Part shown: piece by piece, positions 44,792 to 54,044 of the stretch
How the letters are laid out: each line of letters begins with the position of its first letter
Numbering within the stretch: the first letter of the stretch is position 1
DNA from: Rubrivivax sp.
Lineage (GTDB): Bacteria > Pseudomonadota > Gammaproteobacteria > Burkholderiales > Burkholderiaceae_C
Direction: 5' to 3'
NCBI GenBank assembly: GCA_044226775.1
Contig: JBGAGI010000007.1
Span: 275,879 to 339,878, forward strand
DNA length: 64,000 bases
Notes under the pieces: generated by a model
Told to the model about the DNA's origin: nothing
Seen by the model: only the letters and a program-made list of their open reading frames with translations
Database searches by the model: none
Program-made: the position numbers and the translations under genes

Positions 44792-46191
44792 TGGGCAAGA
44801 ACCGTCTCCCCTGCCTGCACGTCGCCGCAGCGCTGCTGCTGGTCGCCGCATCGGCCGCCCAGGCGCAGGCGCAGGCCCAGGTCCAGGCCCAGGCCTACAC
44901 GCTCGAAGGCGCCGTGGTCGACAGCCGCAACGGCCAGAGCCTGGGCGTGATCAACGAGCGCGGCGACATCGCCGGCGTGTTCCGCGCGCAGAAGGCGATG
45001 ACCTTCGGCATCCTGCGCGCCGCGGGCATCTCGCTGGAGCAACTGCCGGCCGACGTGCGGGCACGCATCGAGCGCTTCCAGACCCAGAACGTCGAAGCCT
45101 TCCGCGCCTTCTCCGAGGGCCTGGACCTGAAGGACAAGGGCCGCTTCGCCGAGGCCAAGGCGCAGTTCCGCCGCGCCGCCGAGCTCGACCCCGGCTTCGC
45201 GCTGGCGCAGGAGCAGGCGCAGGCCATGCCCGACAGCAACGTCACCGCCGGCCTGCAGATGCGCGCGCTGCTGGCCGCGGTGGCCGGCACCGCGGTCGAT
45301 CGCGGCAAGGTCTCGGTGGTGGTCGACGCGGCGCGCGCCATCGCCGCGCTCGGCGCCGGGCTGCAGGTGGTGGCCATCGCGGCCGAGCCGAGCAGCCGCG
45401 CCGACAACACCTACACCGCCAATCCGGCCGGCGCCGGCAACCAGTTCCAGCCCGACCTGGTGGTCGGCCTCGCCTACCACCAGGTGGGCGAGGCGCAGGC
45501 GGTGCTCGGCGTGGCCAGCGCGCAGGTGTGGCCTGGCACGGCCTACGCCGTCGACGGCAATGCGCTCGAATCGATCGGCGGGCCTGGCGCGTTCGAGGCG
45601 CGGCGCGCGCGCGCGACGCAGGCGCCGGTGGGCAGCACCGCGCTGGCCGACGGCAGCAGCGTCTACTGGGGCTCCTGGGCCGCGAGCCCGCAGGGCAACT
45701 GGGTGGCGGCGTCCAGGAGCAACGCCATCGCGGTGGCCGGGCCCTTCGCCTACGTCATCGGCCAGGCGCCCACGGAAATGCCGCAGTCCAACACCTTCAC
45801 CTTCGCCGCGCGCGCCAATGCCGGCACGCTGGGCTCGCCCGAAGGCAACATCGTCGTCGACTTCGCGCGCCAGACGGTGGCGCTGCAGAACCTGGGCTTC
45901 ACGATCGACGAGCGCTTCGCCTTCTCCGGCCTCAACGGCAACGCGCGCTTCGGCGTGGCCGGCTCGCCGGGCAACCTGGTGGCGGCCGACCCGAACGCGG
46001 CCGACCGCACGCCGCGCTACACCAGCGGCAGCTGCGCCGGTTGCGGGCCGGGCTTCACCGCCAGCTCCGGCACCTTCGGCGGCAACTTCGTCGGCCGCGG
46101 CTACACCGGGCTGGTCTTCTCGACCATCCTGCCCACCGGCGTGGCGGCCACGCCGGTGGTCTCCGGCGTGCACCTGTTCGCGCGGCCCTGA
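44791..46191 (+). CDS. Secreted protein: C-terminal part of a CsgG/TolB_N-like domain + TPR + beta-rich (TbpB/hemophilin-like barrel candidate) domain, 466 aa
   Basis: TGATG overlap with the upstream stop; own signal peptide with AQA sites; LEGAVVDSRNG; TPR AFSEGLDLKDKGRF...DPGF; C-terminal YWGSW, VDFARQ, FGGNFVG strands and a CAGC pair. Confidence 0.7.
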   Translation: MGKNRLPCLHVAAALLLVAASAAQAQAQAQVQAQAYTLEGAVVDSRNGQSLGVINERGDIAGVFRAQKAMTFGILRAAGISLEQLPADVRARIERFQTQNVEAFRAFSEGLDLKDKGRFAEAKAQFRRAAELDPGFALAQEQAQAMPDSNVTAGLQMRALLAAVAGTAVDRGKVSVVVDAARAIAALGAGLQVVAIAAEPSSRADNTYTANPAGAGNQFQPDLVVGLAYHQVGEAQAVLGVASAQVWPGTAYAVDGNALESIGGPGAFEARRARATQAPVGSTALADGSSVYWGSWAASPQGNWVAASRSNAIAVAGPFAYVIGQAPTEMPQSNTFTFAARANAGTLGSPEGNIVVDFARQTVALQNLGFTIDERFAFSGLNGNARFGVAGSPGNLVAADPNAADRTPRYTSGSCAGCGPGFTASSGTFGGNFVGRGYTGLVFSTILPTGVAATPVVSGVHLFARP

Positions 46192-46221
46192 GCGGCCGCG
46201 ACCGGGACCTCCGCGCGGCGC

Positions 46222-47460
46222 TCAGCCGAGCGCCGCGGTGAGGGCCTGCGCGAGGTCGGCCTGCAGGTCGGCCGTGGCCTCCAGCCCGAGCGATAAGCGC
46301 ACGAGGTGGCCGCGCAGGTGCGGCTGCGCGCGCGCCGACGCGCTGCGCATCGAGGCCAGGTCGTAGGGCACGACCAGGCTCACCGGGCCGGCCCACGAAT
46401 AGCCGATGCGGAAGAGCTTCAGCGCATCGACGAAGGCATCCGCCTGCGCCGGCGCATAACGCTCGTGCAGCATGACCGAGAACAGCCCCGCGGCGCTCGT
46501 GCAGTGCGCGCGCCAGTGCGCATGGCCGGGCGCCCCTTCGAGCGCCGGATGCAGCACCTGCGCCACCTCGGGCCGCGTCTGCAGCCAGCGCGCGAGCGCG
46601 AGGCCCGCCTCGGCCTGCGCCGCATAGCGCAGCGGCAGCGAAGGCAGGCCGCGCAGCAGCGCCTCCACGTCGTTGCCGCCCACGCCCAGGCCCAGATGCA
46701 TGTGGGTCATCTTGATGCGCTCGTTGAGCGCATCGTCGCGCGTCACCACCGAGCCCATCAGCACGTCGCCGCCGCCGCTGGGGTACTTGGTCAGCGCCTG
46801 CATCGCGATGTCCACGCCGTGGTCGAAGGCGCGCAGCGCGATGCCCGCGCCCCAGGTGTTGTCCAGCGCCGTGATCACGCCGCGCGAGCGCGCGGCGGCG
46901 GCCAGCGCGGCCACGTCGGGGAACTCCATCGTCACCGAGCCCGGCGCCTCGATCCACATCAGCTTCGTCGCCGGGCCGATCATCGCCGCCGCGCCCGCGG
47001 CATCCAGCGGGTCGTACTGGCGGTGCGAGATGCCCCAGCGCGCGAGCGCATGGCGCACCAGCGTCTGGCTCGGTCCGTACACGTTGTCGGGCAGCAGCAC
47101 CTCGTCGCCCTGCGACAGCAGCGCCTGGTTCACCAGCGCCAGCGCGGCCAGGCCGCTGGGCGCCAGCAAGCAATGGCGGCCGCCTTCGAGCGTGGCGATG
47201 CGCTCTTCCAGCAGGAAGGTCGTCGGCGTGCCGTGCAGGCCGTAGGTGTAGCCATGCTTGAAGCGCCAGTCGCGCGCGCGCATCGCGGCCACGTCGCGGA
47301 AGATCACCGTCGAGGCCTTGAAGATGCCGGGCTGCGGCGCCTCGAAGCCGGCCGGCGGCTGGTAGGGATGGTGGATCAGGCCGGTGGCCAGCTGTTGTTG
47401 TGGTGGCTGCTGCTGCGGCGCCGGCTGCAGGCGGTCGTCGTCGTCGATCCTGCTCGTCAT
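46222..47460 (-). CDS. metC: Cystathionine beta-lyase family PLP enzyme
   Basis: [31 protein letters not shown] (PLP Lys), IGYSWAG, RLSLGLE; ATGA overlap with rimO. Confidence 0.85.
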   Translation of the reverse strand: MTSRIDDDDRLQPAPQQQPPQQQLATGLIHHPYQPPAGFEAPQPGIFKASTVIFRDVAAMRARDWRFKHGYTYGLHGTPTTFLLEERIATLEGGRHCLLAPSGLAALALVNQALLSQGDEVLLPDNVYGPSQTLVRHALARWGISHRQYDPLDAAGAAAMIGPATKLMWIEAPGSVTMEFPDVAALAAAARSRGVITALDNTWGAGIALRAFDHGVDIAMQALTKYPSGGGDVLMGSVVTRDDALNERIKMTHMHLGLGVGGNDVEALLRGLPSLPLRYAAQAEAGLALARWLQTRPEVAQVLHPALEGAPGHAHWRAHCTSAAGLFSVMLHERYAPAQADAFVDALKLFRIGYSWAGPVSLVVPYDLASMRSASARAQPHLRGHLVRLSLGLEATADLQADLAQALTAALG

Positions 47461-48899
47461 GCGGGAACTCCCACCAGGTCATGGCCATCGACGGCCACGA
47501 TGCGTGCCTTCGTGAACTCGCCCACCTTCAGCGTGCGGCTGGCCTTCTCAGGCGGCAGCAGGCGCACGGTGCCGTCGATCTCCGGCGCGTCGGCATAGCT
47601 GCGGCCGGTGCCGCCCTTGCGGCCGAGTGCCGGCGCGTGGTCCACCAGCACCTGCATCGTGGCGCCCACGCGCTGCTGCAGCTTGGCGCTGGACACCTGC
47701 TCCGCCACCGCCATGAAGCGCGCGCGGCGCTCCTCGCGCAGCTCAGCCGGCAGCATGCCGGGCAGCGCGTTGGCAGCGGCGCCTTCGACGGGTGAGTAGG
47801 CGAAGCAGCCGGCGCGGTCGATCTGCGCCTCGCGCACGAAGTCCAGCAGCGTCTCGAACTCGGCCTCGGTCTCGCCCGGGAAGCCGGCGATGAAGGTCGA
47901 GCGCACGACGATCTGCGGGCAGATCTCGCGCCAGCGCGCCAGGCGCTCCAGCGCGCGCTCGCCGCCGTCGCCGGTGGCCGGGCGCTTCATGCGGCGCAGC
48001 ACGTCCGGGTGCGCGTGCTGGAAGGGCACGTCCAGGTAGGGCAGCACGCGGCCCTGCGCCATCAGCGGCAGCACCTCGTCCACGCTCGGGTAGGGGTAGA
48101 CGTAGTGCAGCCGCACCCAGGCGCCCTGTTCCGAATACCGCTCGGCCAGCTCGCCGAGCTTCGCGCAGAGTTCGAACATGCGCGTCTTCACCGGCTGGCC
48201 GTCGAAGAAGCCGGTGCGGTACTTGACGTCGACGCCGTAGGCGCTGGTGTCCTGGCTGACGACCAGCAGCTCCTTCACGCCCGACTCGAACAGTGCCCGC
48301 GCCTCGGCGAGCACATCGCCCACGGGCCGCGAGACCAGGTCGCCGCGCATCGAGGGGATGATGCAGAAGGTGCAGCGGTGGTTGCAGCCCTCGCTGATCT
48401 TCAGGTAGGCGTAGTGGCGCGGCGTGAGCTTGATGCCGGCCACGCCGCGCGATTCGGGCACGAGGTCGACGAAGGGGTCGTGCGGCTTGGGCACGTGGCG
48501 GTGCACGGCGTCCATCACCTCGGCGGTGGCATGCGGGCCGGTCACCGCCAGCACCTTGGGGTGCACCTGGCGCACGAGGTTGCCCGACGCAGCGCCCTCG
48601 CCTTCGTCGCGCCCGCCCTTGGCGCCCAGGCAGCCGGTGACGATCACCTTGCCGTTGGCCGCGAGGGCCTCGCCGATCGTGTCCAGGCTCTCCTTGACGG
48701 CGTCGTCGATGAAGCCGCAGGTGTTGACGATCACGAGATCGGCGCCGGCGTAGGTCTTGCTGGTCTCGTAGCCCTCGGCGCGCAGCTGCGTGAGGATGAG
48801 CTCGGAGTCGGTCAGCGCCTTGGGGCAACCCAGCGAGACGAAGCCGATCGTCGGGGCCTGGGCCGTGGAACCCGGATCGCGGGCAGGTGTGTCTGGCAT
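47457..48899 (-). CDS. rimO: Ribosomal protein S12 methylthiotransferase
   Basis: [18 protein letters not shown], radical [12 protein letters not shown]-terminal TRAM with DAPEIDG. Confidence 0.97.
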   Translation of the reverse strand: MPDTPARDPGSTAQAPTIGFVSLGCPKALTDSELILTQLRAEGYETSKTYAGADLVIVNTCGFIDDAVKESLDTIGEALAANGKVIVTGCLGAKGGRDEGEGAASGNLVRQVHPKVLAVTGPHATAEVMDAVHRHVPKPHDPFVDLVPESRGVAGIKLTPRHYAYLKISEGCNHRCTFCIIPSMRGDLVSRPVGDVLAEARALFESGVKELLVVSQDTSAYGVDVKYRTGFFDGQPVKTRMFELCAKLGELAERYSEQGAWVRLHYVYPYPSVDEVLPLMAQGRVLPYLDVPFQHAHPDVLRRMKRPATGDGGERALERLARWREICPQIVVRSTFIAGFPGETEAEFETLLDFVREAQIDRAGCFAYSPVEGAAANALPGMLPAELREERRARFMAVAEQVSSAKLQQRVGATMQVLVDHAPALGRKGGTGRSYADAPEIDGTVRLLPPEKASRTLKVGEFTKARIVAVDGHDLVGVPA

Positions 48900-48939
48900 C
48901 GCGCGATTTTCCCGCATCGCGCGGGCTGCGCCCGGCGGC

Positions 48940-49509
48940 CTACTTCTTGGCCGGCGGGAAGCCCGGCATGCCGGGGAACATCGAGCCGGCCTGCTGCATC
49001 TTCTCGAACACGCTGCGGCTCTGCTCGAGGTAGCTGCTCATCATGTTCTGCAGCGCCGGCGCCTGGCCGGTCATGAACTGCGTCCAGACCTCGGGGCTCA
49101 GGTGGCGCGGGTCGTACAGGCCCTTGCTCTGCTCGAGGAACTGCGACTGCAGCTCGGCGAAGGCGGACATGTTCTTCTCCAGCAGCGTGCCCATCACGCC
49201 CTGCATGGCATGGCCGTAGAAGCGGATGATCTGCGACAGCGTCTGCGTGCTGAACATCGGCACGCCGCCGCTTTCTTCCTCGAGGATGATCTGCAGCAGG
49301 ATGCTGCGCGTGAGGTCCTCGGCGGTCTTCGCGTCGCGCACCTCGAACTCCTCGCCGGCCAGCACCATCTGCTTCACGTCAGCGAGCGTGATGTAGCTGC
49401 TGGTGCGGGTGTCGTACAGGCGCCGGTTCGGGTACTTCTTCAGCGTCCGCACCGGGCTGGCGGCATCGCCTTCGGGGGCGGGCGCCTGGGCGCGGCGGGC
49501 GGTCGGCAT
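48940..49509 (-). CDS. phaR: PHA synthesis repressor
   Basis: [30 protein letters not shown]; TAGAAT -10-like box at 49537-49542 (minus). Confidence 0.96.
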   Translation of the reverse strand: MPTARRAQAPAPEGDAASPVRTLKKYPNRRLYDTRTSSYITLADVKQMVLAGEEFEVRDAKTAEDLTRSILLQIILEEESGGVPMFSTQTLSQIIRFYGHAMQGVMGTLLEKNMSAFAELQSQFLEQSKGLYDPRHLSPEVWTQFMTGQAPALQNMMSSYLEQSRSVFEKMQQAGSMFPGMPGFPPAKK

Positions 49510-49597
49510 GCGGGCAATCCTCGTTGCGTGCAGGGCATTCTAGGAGTCGCCTTCGAGCCACGGCGCGCCGGGAAAACCCGGCCGTGGCCCGCAAGCG

Positions 49598-50443
49598 TCA
49601 GCCATGCTCGCCAGGCAGCAGGCCCCGGGCCACGAAGAAGGGGTTCTCGAAGCCCGGCTTGCCGTAGCGCAGCGGGTTTCCGGCGAGGTCGCAGACGCGG
49701 CCGCCGGCGGCACGCAGCACGGCGTCGCCGGCCGCGGTGTCCCATTCCATCGTGCGGCCGAAGCGGGGGTAGGCATCGGCCCCGCCCTCGGCCAGCAGGC
49801 CGAATTTCAGCGAGGAGCCGGCCTCGCGCAAGGTGGCGCCGGGATGCGCGTCGAGCCAGGCGCGCAGCTGGCCCGGGTCGCCGTGGGCGCGGCTGCAGGC
49901 CACCACGGGCCCGGCGGCCGGCGCGTGGCGGGCGGCCACGGGCTCGCGCTGCCCGCCGGCCTCGCGCCACGCGCCCTGCCCCACGACCCCCGCGAACAGG
50001 TGGTCCGGCACGGGCAGGTAAACCACACCCAGCACCGGCTCGCCGCCGCACACGAGCGCGATGTTGACGGTGAACTCGCCGTTGCGGGCGACGAACTCGC
50101 GCGTGCCGTCCAGCGGGTCGACGAGCCAGAACGTGGCGCCCGCCAGCGCGGCCGGATCGGGCGCCTCGCCGCGCGCAGCGGCCTCCTCGGCCACCACCGG
50201 CCAGGCCGGCGCCAGCGTCCGCAGCGCCGGCACGATGACGGCCTCGGCACGCTCGTCGGCCTCCGTCACCGGGGACCGATCGGCCTTGCTGCGCACCTCG
50301 AATTCGGCGCCGTAGACCTCGAGGATCACCCTCCCGGCCTCCCGGGCGATCGCCTCCACGGCCGGCAGCAGCGCCGTCAGGTCCACCGGCAGGCGCGCCG
50401 GGCGCTGAAGAATCTCATCCGTGCAGTTTTTGGCCAATTCCAT
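49598..50443 (-). CDS. cysQ: 3'(2'),5'-bisphosphate nucleotidase (start uncertain, may be about 20 codons later)
   Basis: SPVTEAD, AEE, WLVDPLDGTREF, GSSLKF, EWDTAAG. Confidence 0.92.
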   Translation of the reverse strand: MELAKNCTDEILQRPARLPVDLTALLPAVEAIAREAGRVILEVYGAEFEVRSKADRSPVTEADERAEAVIVPALRTLAPAWPVVAEEAAARGEAPDPAALAGATFWLVDPLDGTREFVARNGEFTVNIALVCGGEPVLGVVYLPVPDHLFAGVVGQGAWREAGGQREPVAARHAPAAGPVVACSRAHGDPGQLRAWLDAHPGATLREAGSSLKFGLLAEGGADAYPRFGRTMEWDTAAGDAVLRAAGGRVCDLAGNPLRYGKPGFENPFFVARGLLPGEHG

Positions 50444-50542
50444 GGTATTGATTGCCAGGGCTCAATCCGCAGGTGAAAACGTCACGTGAACAGGGGGGGT
50501 GCTTCACTTCACAGACACGATCGCGTGGCCAGAATTGCGGTC

Positions 50543-50755
50543 ATGGACGTACAAGCCCTTCACACCCCGAACCGACTGGAGCAGATGGCTCCGCCGCCGC
50601 CCATCCGCCGCCGCCTGCACGTGCCCACCGAGCCGCTGCTGTTCGCCGCCGTGGTGCTGATGATCACGCTCGTGATGGCCCGCGTGGTGCCGCAGGATAC
50701 CGGCGCCGAAGTGTCCAGCAACCCGGCGCCCACGCGCCACGCCAGCGCGCTCTGA
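50543..50755 (+). CDS. Small hypothetical single-pass membrane protein, 70 aa
   Basis: ORF divergent from cysQ with one hydrophobic helix (LLFAAVVLMITLVMA); no family recognised. Confidence 0.45.
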   Translation: MDVQALHTPNRLEQMAPPPPIRRRLHVPTEPLLFAAVVLMITLVMARVVPQDTGAEVSSNPAPTRHASAL

Positions 50756-50776
50756 TTCTCGCGCCGGCGGGCCTGC

Positions 50777-53700
50777 TCAGACAGGCTCCGTCGCCTGCCC
50801 TGCACCGGCGCCCACGGGGCCGATTTCCACCCCGCCGCCGCGCCCGCGGCGCATCCGCAGCAGACGCCCCGGCAACCGCCACACGAAGCGGACCATCAGC
50901 AGCGTCAACACCGCCTCCAGTCCCGTCGCCACGAAGGCCACCAGCACCGGCCAGCGCTCGGCGCGTTGCCGGAACTTGGCCACCATGCGGTCGCGCGAGA
51001 CCTCGATGCTGTCGTAGAAGCTGGGGATCACCAGCAGCGTCAGCATCGTGCTCGTGATCGTGCCGCCGATGATGGCCACCGCCATCGGCCGGTAGAACTC
51101 GCCGCCCTCGCCCACGCCGATGGCCACCGGCAGCATGCCGGCGATCAGCGCAAACGTGGTCATCAGGATCGGCCGCAGGCGCTTGCGGCCGGCGGCCATC
51201 AGCGCGTCGTCGCGGTCCATGCCCGCGGCCTCGCGCACGCGCGCGGCGTCCAGCAGCAGGATCGCGTTCTTGGCCACCAGGCCCACGAGCATGATCACGC
51301 CGATGAAGCTCATCAGGTTCAGCGTGCCGCCGGTGATGAGCAGCGCCAGCACCACGCCGATGAGCGACAGCGGCAGCGAGATCATCACCGCCAGCGGCGC
51401 GGTGAAGCTGCCGAACTGCATCACCAGCACGAGGTACATCAGCATCACGCCCGAGACCAGCGCGATGCCCATCTGCTTGAACACCTCCTGCTGGTCGCGC
51501 GAGGCGCCGGCCAGCTCGCGGCCATAGCCGGGCGGGAAGCTCATCGAGTCGGCCAGCTTGATGGCGTCGGCCGTCACCTCGCCGGGCGAGCGGCCCTGCG
51601 CGTTGGCCGCGACGTTGATGCTGCGCTTGCCGTCGCTGTGCTGGATCTGGCTCGGGCCCTTGCCCATCGTGATGGTGGCGATCTGCTCCAGCGGCACCAT
51701 GCGGTTGCTGCCGCTCACGGCGATCGGCAGGCGCTCGATGTTGCTCGCGTCGACGCGGTCATCGGGGTGCAGGCGCACGGCCACGTCGCGCGTCTCGCCG
51801 GTGGGGTCGACCCAGTCGCCCACCTCGACGCCGGCGAAGGCCACGCGCAGTGCCTGCGCCGCGTCGGCGGCCGAGATGCCCAGCGTGTTGGCCAGGCCGC
51901 GGTCGAGCTCGATCTTCATCTCGTTCTGCGGGTCCTGCTCCGACAGGCCCACGTCCACCGCGCCCGGCACCTGGCGCAGCTTGACCATGAACTGGTTGGT
52001 GATCTCCAGCAGCTTGCGCGAGTCGGGGCCGGTGAAGCGGATCTGCACCGGCTTCTGCGCGCCGTTGTTGAGGTCGTCCAGCACCGTGTACTCGGCGCCG
52101 ACGAGCCGCGCCACCAGCGTGCGCAGCTGCTCGGCGATCTGGATCGACGAGCGGCGGCGCTCGGTGCTCTTGCCGATGTCGACATAGATGCGCCCGCCGC
52201 CCGGGTTGACGAAGCTGTTCGTCGCCTTGGTCTCGCCGATCGTGCGCGCCAGCGCGGCCGCCGCCTCCACCTTCAGCCGCGCGTACTCCAGGCTGCTGCT
52301 GGACGGCGTGCGGATCTCCACCGCGATGGTCCCGGCGTCAGACGCCGGCAGGAAGCTCGAGCCGCCGAACTTCATGTGCAGGCCCACGGCGCCCACCAGG
52401 CTGGCCACCGCGAAGGCGGCCATCCACTTGCGGTGGTGCAACGCCCAGGCGATGACGTGGCCGTAGCGGTCGGCCTGGTGGTCGAACCAGTCGTTGAAGC
52501 GCTGCAGCAGCTTGGAGAAGCCCTTCTTCGGCAGCTCGTGGTGCCCCGGCGGGTCGCCCCAGTAGGCCGAGAGCATCGGGTCGAGCGTGAAGCTGATGAA
52601 TAGGCTCACCAGCACCGAGGCCACCACCGTCAGGCCGAAGGGCCTGAACCACTCGCCCGAGACGCCCGGCATGAAGGCCACCGGCACGAACACGGCGACG
52701 ATCGAGAAGGTGGTGGCGGCCACCGCCAGGCCGATCTCGGCCGTGCCGTTGAGCGCGGCGGTGCGGCGGTCCTCGCCCAGCTCCATGTGGCGCACGATGT
52801 TCTCGCGCACGACGATGGCGTCGTCGATCAGCACGCCGATGGCCAGGCTCAGCCCCAGCAGGCTCATGAAGTTCAGCGAGAAGCCGCACAGCCACACCGC
52901 GATGAAGGCCGCCACCACCGAGGTCGGCAGGCTGAGCGCGGTGATCAGCGTCGAGCGCCAGGAGTTGAGGAAGGCGTAGACGACGAAGATCGTCAGGCCC
53001 GCGCCGAAGATCAGCGCGTCGACCACGTTGTTCAGGCTGTTCTGCGCCTCGGTGCCGCCGTCGCGCGTGATCTCCAGCTTCGTGCCGGCGGGCAGCGTCT
53101 TGCCGATCTCGCCGACGAGCTTGCGCACCTCGTCGGCCACTGTCACGGTGCTGGCCTCGCGCGTGCGGGTGATCGACATGCCCACGTTCGGGTTGCCGTT
53201 GCGCACCGAGAAGCCCGAAAGCTCGGCGAAGCCATCGGCCACCACCGCCACCTGCGACAGGCGCACCAGCTCGCTGCCGCGGCGCTTGATGACGATCTGG
53301 CCGAACTCCGAGGGCGACTCGATGCGGCCCACGAGGCGGATGCTCTGGTCCTCCAGCGTGCCCTTGACCTTGCCCACCGGCGCGGTGGCGTTCTGCGCCC
53401 GCAGCGCGGCGACCACGTCGGTAACGGAGACCTCGTACTCGCGCAGCTTCTCGCTCTTGAGCAGCACCGACAGCTCGCGCTTGAGCGAGCCATTGACGTT
53501 GACCACCGCCACGCCCGACACGCCGCGGAAGCGGTCGGCCAGCTGGTCCTCGGCCAGGCGCGAGATCTCGGCGTGGCCCTGCGAGGTGGACGACAGCGCC
53601 AGCTGCATGATCGGCTGCGCCGCCGGATCCACGCGCGTGATGACCGGCTCGCGCATCTCGGTGGGCAGCTTGTAGCGCACGGTGCCGATGGCGTTGCGCA

Positions 53701-54022
53701 CCTCGTCGGCCGCGACGATCATGTTCTTGCTGAAGTTGAAGAACAGGACCAGCGTCGCGCTGCCCTCGTTGGCGGTGGACTGCAGCCGGTCGACGCCGGA
53801 GATGCCCTGCAGCGCCTTCTCGATGCGGTTGATGACTTCGCGCTCCACCGTGTCGGGCGAGGCGCCCGGGTAGGGGATGCTGACGACGAGGATCGGCTGC
53901 TCGACGTCGGGGATCTGGTTGACGCGCAGCTTCGACAGCGCCAGCAGGCCGAGCGCCATCAGGCCGATGATGATGACGATCATCGCCATCGGCCGCTTGA
54001 TGCTGAATGCGGAGAGGAACAT
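50777..54022 (-). CDS. RND-family efflux permease (AcrB/MdtBC-like), 1081 aa
   Basis: SIKRP start, YPGASP..VE, GVLIDDAIVVRENI, KNAILL, RLRPILMTT, GGTITST.LTL. Confidence 0.95.
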   Translation of the reverse strand: MFLSAFSIKRPMAMIVIIIGLMALGLLALSKLRVNQIPDVEQPILVVSIPYPGASPDTVEREVINRIEKALQGISGVDRLQSTANEGSATLVLFFNFSKNMIVAADEVRNAIGTVRYKLPTEMREPVITRVDPAAQPIMQLALSSTSQGHAEISRLAEDQLADRFRGVSGVAVVNVNGSLKRELSVLLKSEKLREYEVSVTDVVAALRAQNATAPVGKVKGTLEDQSIRLVGRIESPSEFGQIVIKRRGSELVRLSQVAVVADGFAELSGFSVRNGNPNVGMSITRTREASTVTVADEVRKLVGEIGKTLPAGTKLEITRDGGTEAQNSLNNVVDALIFGAGLTIFVVYAFLNSWRSTLITALSLPTSVVAAFIAVWLCGFSLNFMSLLGLSLAIGVLIDDAIVVRENIVRHMELGEDRRTAALNGTAEIGLAVAATTFSIVAVFVPVAFMPGVSGEWFRPFGLTVVASVLVSLFISFTLDPMLSAYWGDPPGHHELPKKGFSKLLQRFNDWFDHQADRYGHVIAWALHHRKWMAAFAVASLVGAVGLHMKFGGSSFLPASDAGTIAVEIRTPSSSSLEYARLKVEAAAALARTIGETKATNSFVNPGGGRIYVDIGKSTERRRSSIQIAEQLRTLVARLVGAEYTVLDDLNNGAQKPVQIRFTGPDSRKLLEITNQFMVKLRQVPGAVDVGLSEQDPQNEMKIELDRGLANTLGISAADAAQALRVAFAGVEVGDWVDPTGETRDVAVRLHPDDRVDASNIERLPIAVSGSNRMVPLEQIATITMGKGPSQIQHSDGKRSINVAANAQGRSPGEVTADAIKLADSMSFPPGYGRELAGASRDQQEVFKQMGIALVSGVMLMYLVLVMQFGSFTAPLAVMISLPLSLIGVVLALLITGGTLNLMSFIGVIMLVGLVAKNAILLLDAARVREAAGMDRDDALMAAGRKRLRPILMTTFALIAGMLPVAIGVGEGGEFYRPMAVAIIGGTITSTMLTLLVIPSFYDSIEVSRDRMVAKFRQRAERWPVLVAFVATGLEAVLTLLMVRFVWRLPGRLLRMRRGRGGGVEIGPVGAGAGQATEPV

Positions 54023-54044
54023 GGGGCCTCCTCGGACTTCGCCG

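Noticed and set aside
44780-44800. Simple frameshift pseudogene or programmed frameshift joining the two split-domain genes
   Set aside because: The downstream frame begins with a complete signal peptide at a standard TGATG coupling site and has no slippery heptamer, so two genes is the more economical reading; it remains testable.
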